Shown piece by piece: positions 61,291 through 64,000 of a DNA stretch of 64,000 nt. Source of the DNA: Vicugna vicugna (Eukaryota); NCBI GenBank assembly GCA_013265495.1, contig MU058636.1, positions 9,626,176 to 9,690,175 of the forward strand, in the 5' to 3' direction. The notes below the pieces were generated by a model, which did no database searches, was not told the DNA's origin, and saw nothing but the letters and a program-made list of their open reading frames with translations. Both the position numbers and the translations under genes were made by a program. The number at the start of each line of letters is the position of its first letter. Position 1 is the stretch's first letter.

Positions 61291-64000
61291 AACTCTACCG
61301 TGTATAATTCATTAGGAAAACGTTAGTGAACATCAGGGTGTGGACCCGCACCGGCTTTGGTAGTGATAAATGAACTCTTAACATTTGTCCAGGAATATGG
61401 AGTCACGATCAGTCACAGTTTTTGTTCTTCACATCTTGAATTTGACTCAGATTCCCTTTCCATTGCATTTCTAGCCTGCTGGCTTTAGCAGCTGCCAGGC
61501 CAGGAGGAACCGTTCTTTCCCCTGCCCTTTTTTCTTCCCGCTACATGAAAGACCAGTTTGTCTGTGAGTTCCGATATCTCTCGTTTTGTTCAGCTCAACT
61601 GTGTTTTTTAATTTAATCCCTCCCCTGTCTTGGTGGCTTCTTAAACTGGGGAGCAGAATGGGGAAGCCCTATAGCATCAAACAGCAACATCTAAAATAAA
61701 TGATAAGCTCTTGCTTGGTTTTATTGGCTTGATTTTATTTAATTATTTGTGTCTCAGCAATATTGCTGTATTCTGGTTCTCTCCACTGAAGATTTATAAT
61801 GATTTTTTGGCTATATTGTGAATTATAGACATTTTTGTAAGCTAGTTTAGCTTATAAATAGAAATGTGCCTTGAGTTACAGCTAAGCTTTAATAACTTTA
61901 AAATTTTTCATCATTTGTACTTGAAATTAGAATTTAAAATTTATTACTTCAGAATTTTCAATAATTCATTCTACATTCACCAGTTGGTAACTGGATTTTT
62001 TAATGTATTTAATATAAGTTATACCTTACTCTGATTTTAAACTTCTTATGAGCAGGATTAGCCTTGTTTCTATGTATTCCTTATGTAGTGTAAGTATACA
62101 CTGTGTTCAGATTGAGTATAGATTTTAGAGTTTGAGGTGTGAGTAATGAATGCCTTATATACCTCCAAAAATCCTACTGCATTTTAGTAAAGAACTAAAA
62201 GTGCCATATCTAAAATCAGTCATTTAACTCGTTGCAAAATGGGTATCAAATGTATATTGAATTTAACAAATTTTTAAAATATTATTTTTCAGCTGTTTCA
62301 TTTATGGAAAATAATTTTTGCATCATTTTGATGCATTTATTGTTAAGCTCAATTAACTATATGAATGATCACCAATCAATGATAGATCAAAAAATTATGT
62401 CAAAGCCTCATCTAGCTAAGTAGATTTCCAAACCAGTCTCTACCATCCTCCCTTCAACGAGAGGAGGTAGTGCTGAGCCAGTAGCATTACTCCACTCCGC
62501 TCAGGGAACTTACTCAGTGTGTCTTCCTTCTACCCACTCTTGTTCTGGAAGTTTTAGCAATTTTTGGAAAATGTCAGGTTGCTCCAACACACCAGGAGTT
62601 TGAGATCCCATCAGAACAGGGTGCTGATGGTGGTCCAAGATCATAAGTGGATATCCTCTTCACTCCTTCCAACTAGTTTCGTTCTTTTCTAGACCACAGA
62701 TACACATATTTTCACAGATACTCTCACAAATGTATTACTTTGGTCATGGATGTTCTGAAAAAAGTGATTGTTTCTAGCTCTGAGGATCAGCAAAGACTTC
62801 ATGGATGAGAGTACATTTTTACTGAGAATTAAGGGCATTTAAAGGTGGGTGACAGACATTCTAGGCAAATGAAAGTATGTGAGTGAGCAAAGGACTTGGG
62901 GGTCAGCAAGAGCAGGGCAGAGAGAACTGGCGGGAGCAGAACGCGAGTAGTGCTACAGAAGGGTTTGTAAAGGGTTTGAGTGATACGGTGAGGAATTTTG
63001 ACCTTGAAACCTTGAAACCAGAAGAAGCCACTGAAGCTCCTTGAAGAAAGGCCTCAGGTAAGCAGAGACATGGTAAAACATGTGCTTGTTCAAGATGAAC
63101 AGTGGTGCTTATGATACACTGAATGTGGAAGAGACTGGATGGGGATTTTTCTTCTTTCCTCCAGGCAAAGTTCATTAGGTCTGAATTGAGGTAATGAGCC
63201 AAGGCTACACTATTGACAAAAACAGGAAGCATAACAAGAAAAGTACGTTTGGGAGTAAAGCTTGAAAGACATGTTTTTAATTTAGTTATTGTGAAAATCA
63301 GAAAAAAGTAGTGTGTTTTCATCACCAGGTATGGTGATACAGAAATAGCTGAGGATGACAAGAAGTAAATGTGGAAACAGCAAGAGTTCACGCAGATTTA
63401 ATGAACCAATGCTATTTTTCTGAACATTTGCTTCAGTTTATTTAAAACTATTTCTGTTATTTTGTGTGCTTACGTAAAAATGCGTATTTGGGAAAATGCT
63501 GTGATTTGCTGTAGGCAGGTGTCACATTTTTGTGAGAGATGAGACATCTAGATGTGGTTTCTAGTGTAGAAGCAGTAGGTGAAAGGGCAGTATATTTATT
63601 ATAAGTTATTCTGAGATTTGAAATGTTGATAAATGTGGCTAATTGTAAGCCTGTTTCTTTAAGGTTTTTGTGTTATCAGTCGCATTTGCGAAATCAATGC
63701 ATTGATGGTGAGTCACGGTTTCTGTTTCTTGTCTAGTAATCCACTACGTATCAGGCACTGTTCTATCCCTAAAGGTAAAGCAGTGAGCAAAACACAGTTC
63801 CTGCCTTCCTACAGCCTACAAACTAATAGGGAGGATTTAATAAACAGGATTTTAAAAAAAGCAAACAAAACCTTTTTTTCCCAAAGCCAAAATAACTAAC
63901 TTGTGCACGGTGATTTTTAATGACATATACGTGATAATGATGACAGTGAAATGCGTTGGTTCAGGTGTGAAGCGTTCTCACAGTTCGTAGCATCTCACTT

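Noticed and set aside
62903..63391. 162-aa minus-strand ORF
   Set aside because: Non-ATG start, no recognisable domain, and located in purine-rich, probably repeat-derived intron sequence.

Overview
Mammalian genomic DNA. Two tRNA-derived Vic-1-like SINEs suggest a camelid, which is an inference. The window holds the CpG-island promoter and the first 18 coding exons of COG6 (conserved oligomeric Golgi complex subunit 6) on the + strand, from the ATG at 3466 to the exon 18 donor at 53421/53422. The terminal exon is not in the window. Seventeen exons have canonical splice sites and join into one open frame matching the COG6 protein as I recall it. Exon 17 (~50514-50567) is the exception: it has no AG acceptor at the in-frame position, directly after a 35-T run. 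Introns carry ordinary repeats (L1, L2, MIR, MLT1, MER5, Tigger1, MER2) plus a solo ERV1-type LTR with a 4-bp TSD. I found no convincing novel biological system. The best leads are the exon 17 acceptor anomaly (probably an assembly error), an in-frame alternative acceptor for exon 13, three CTCF-like motifs, and local GC/CpG-shifted patches in old repeats. Repeat boundaries are approximate unless a TSD is given, and repeat family names come from recalled consensus sequences, not from searches.
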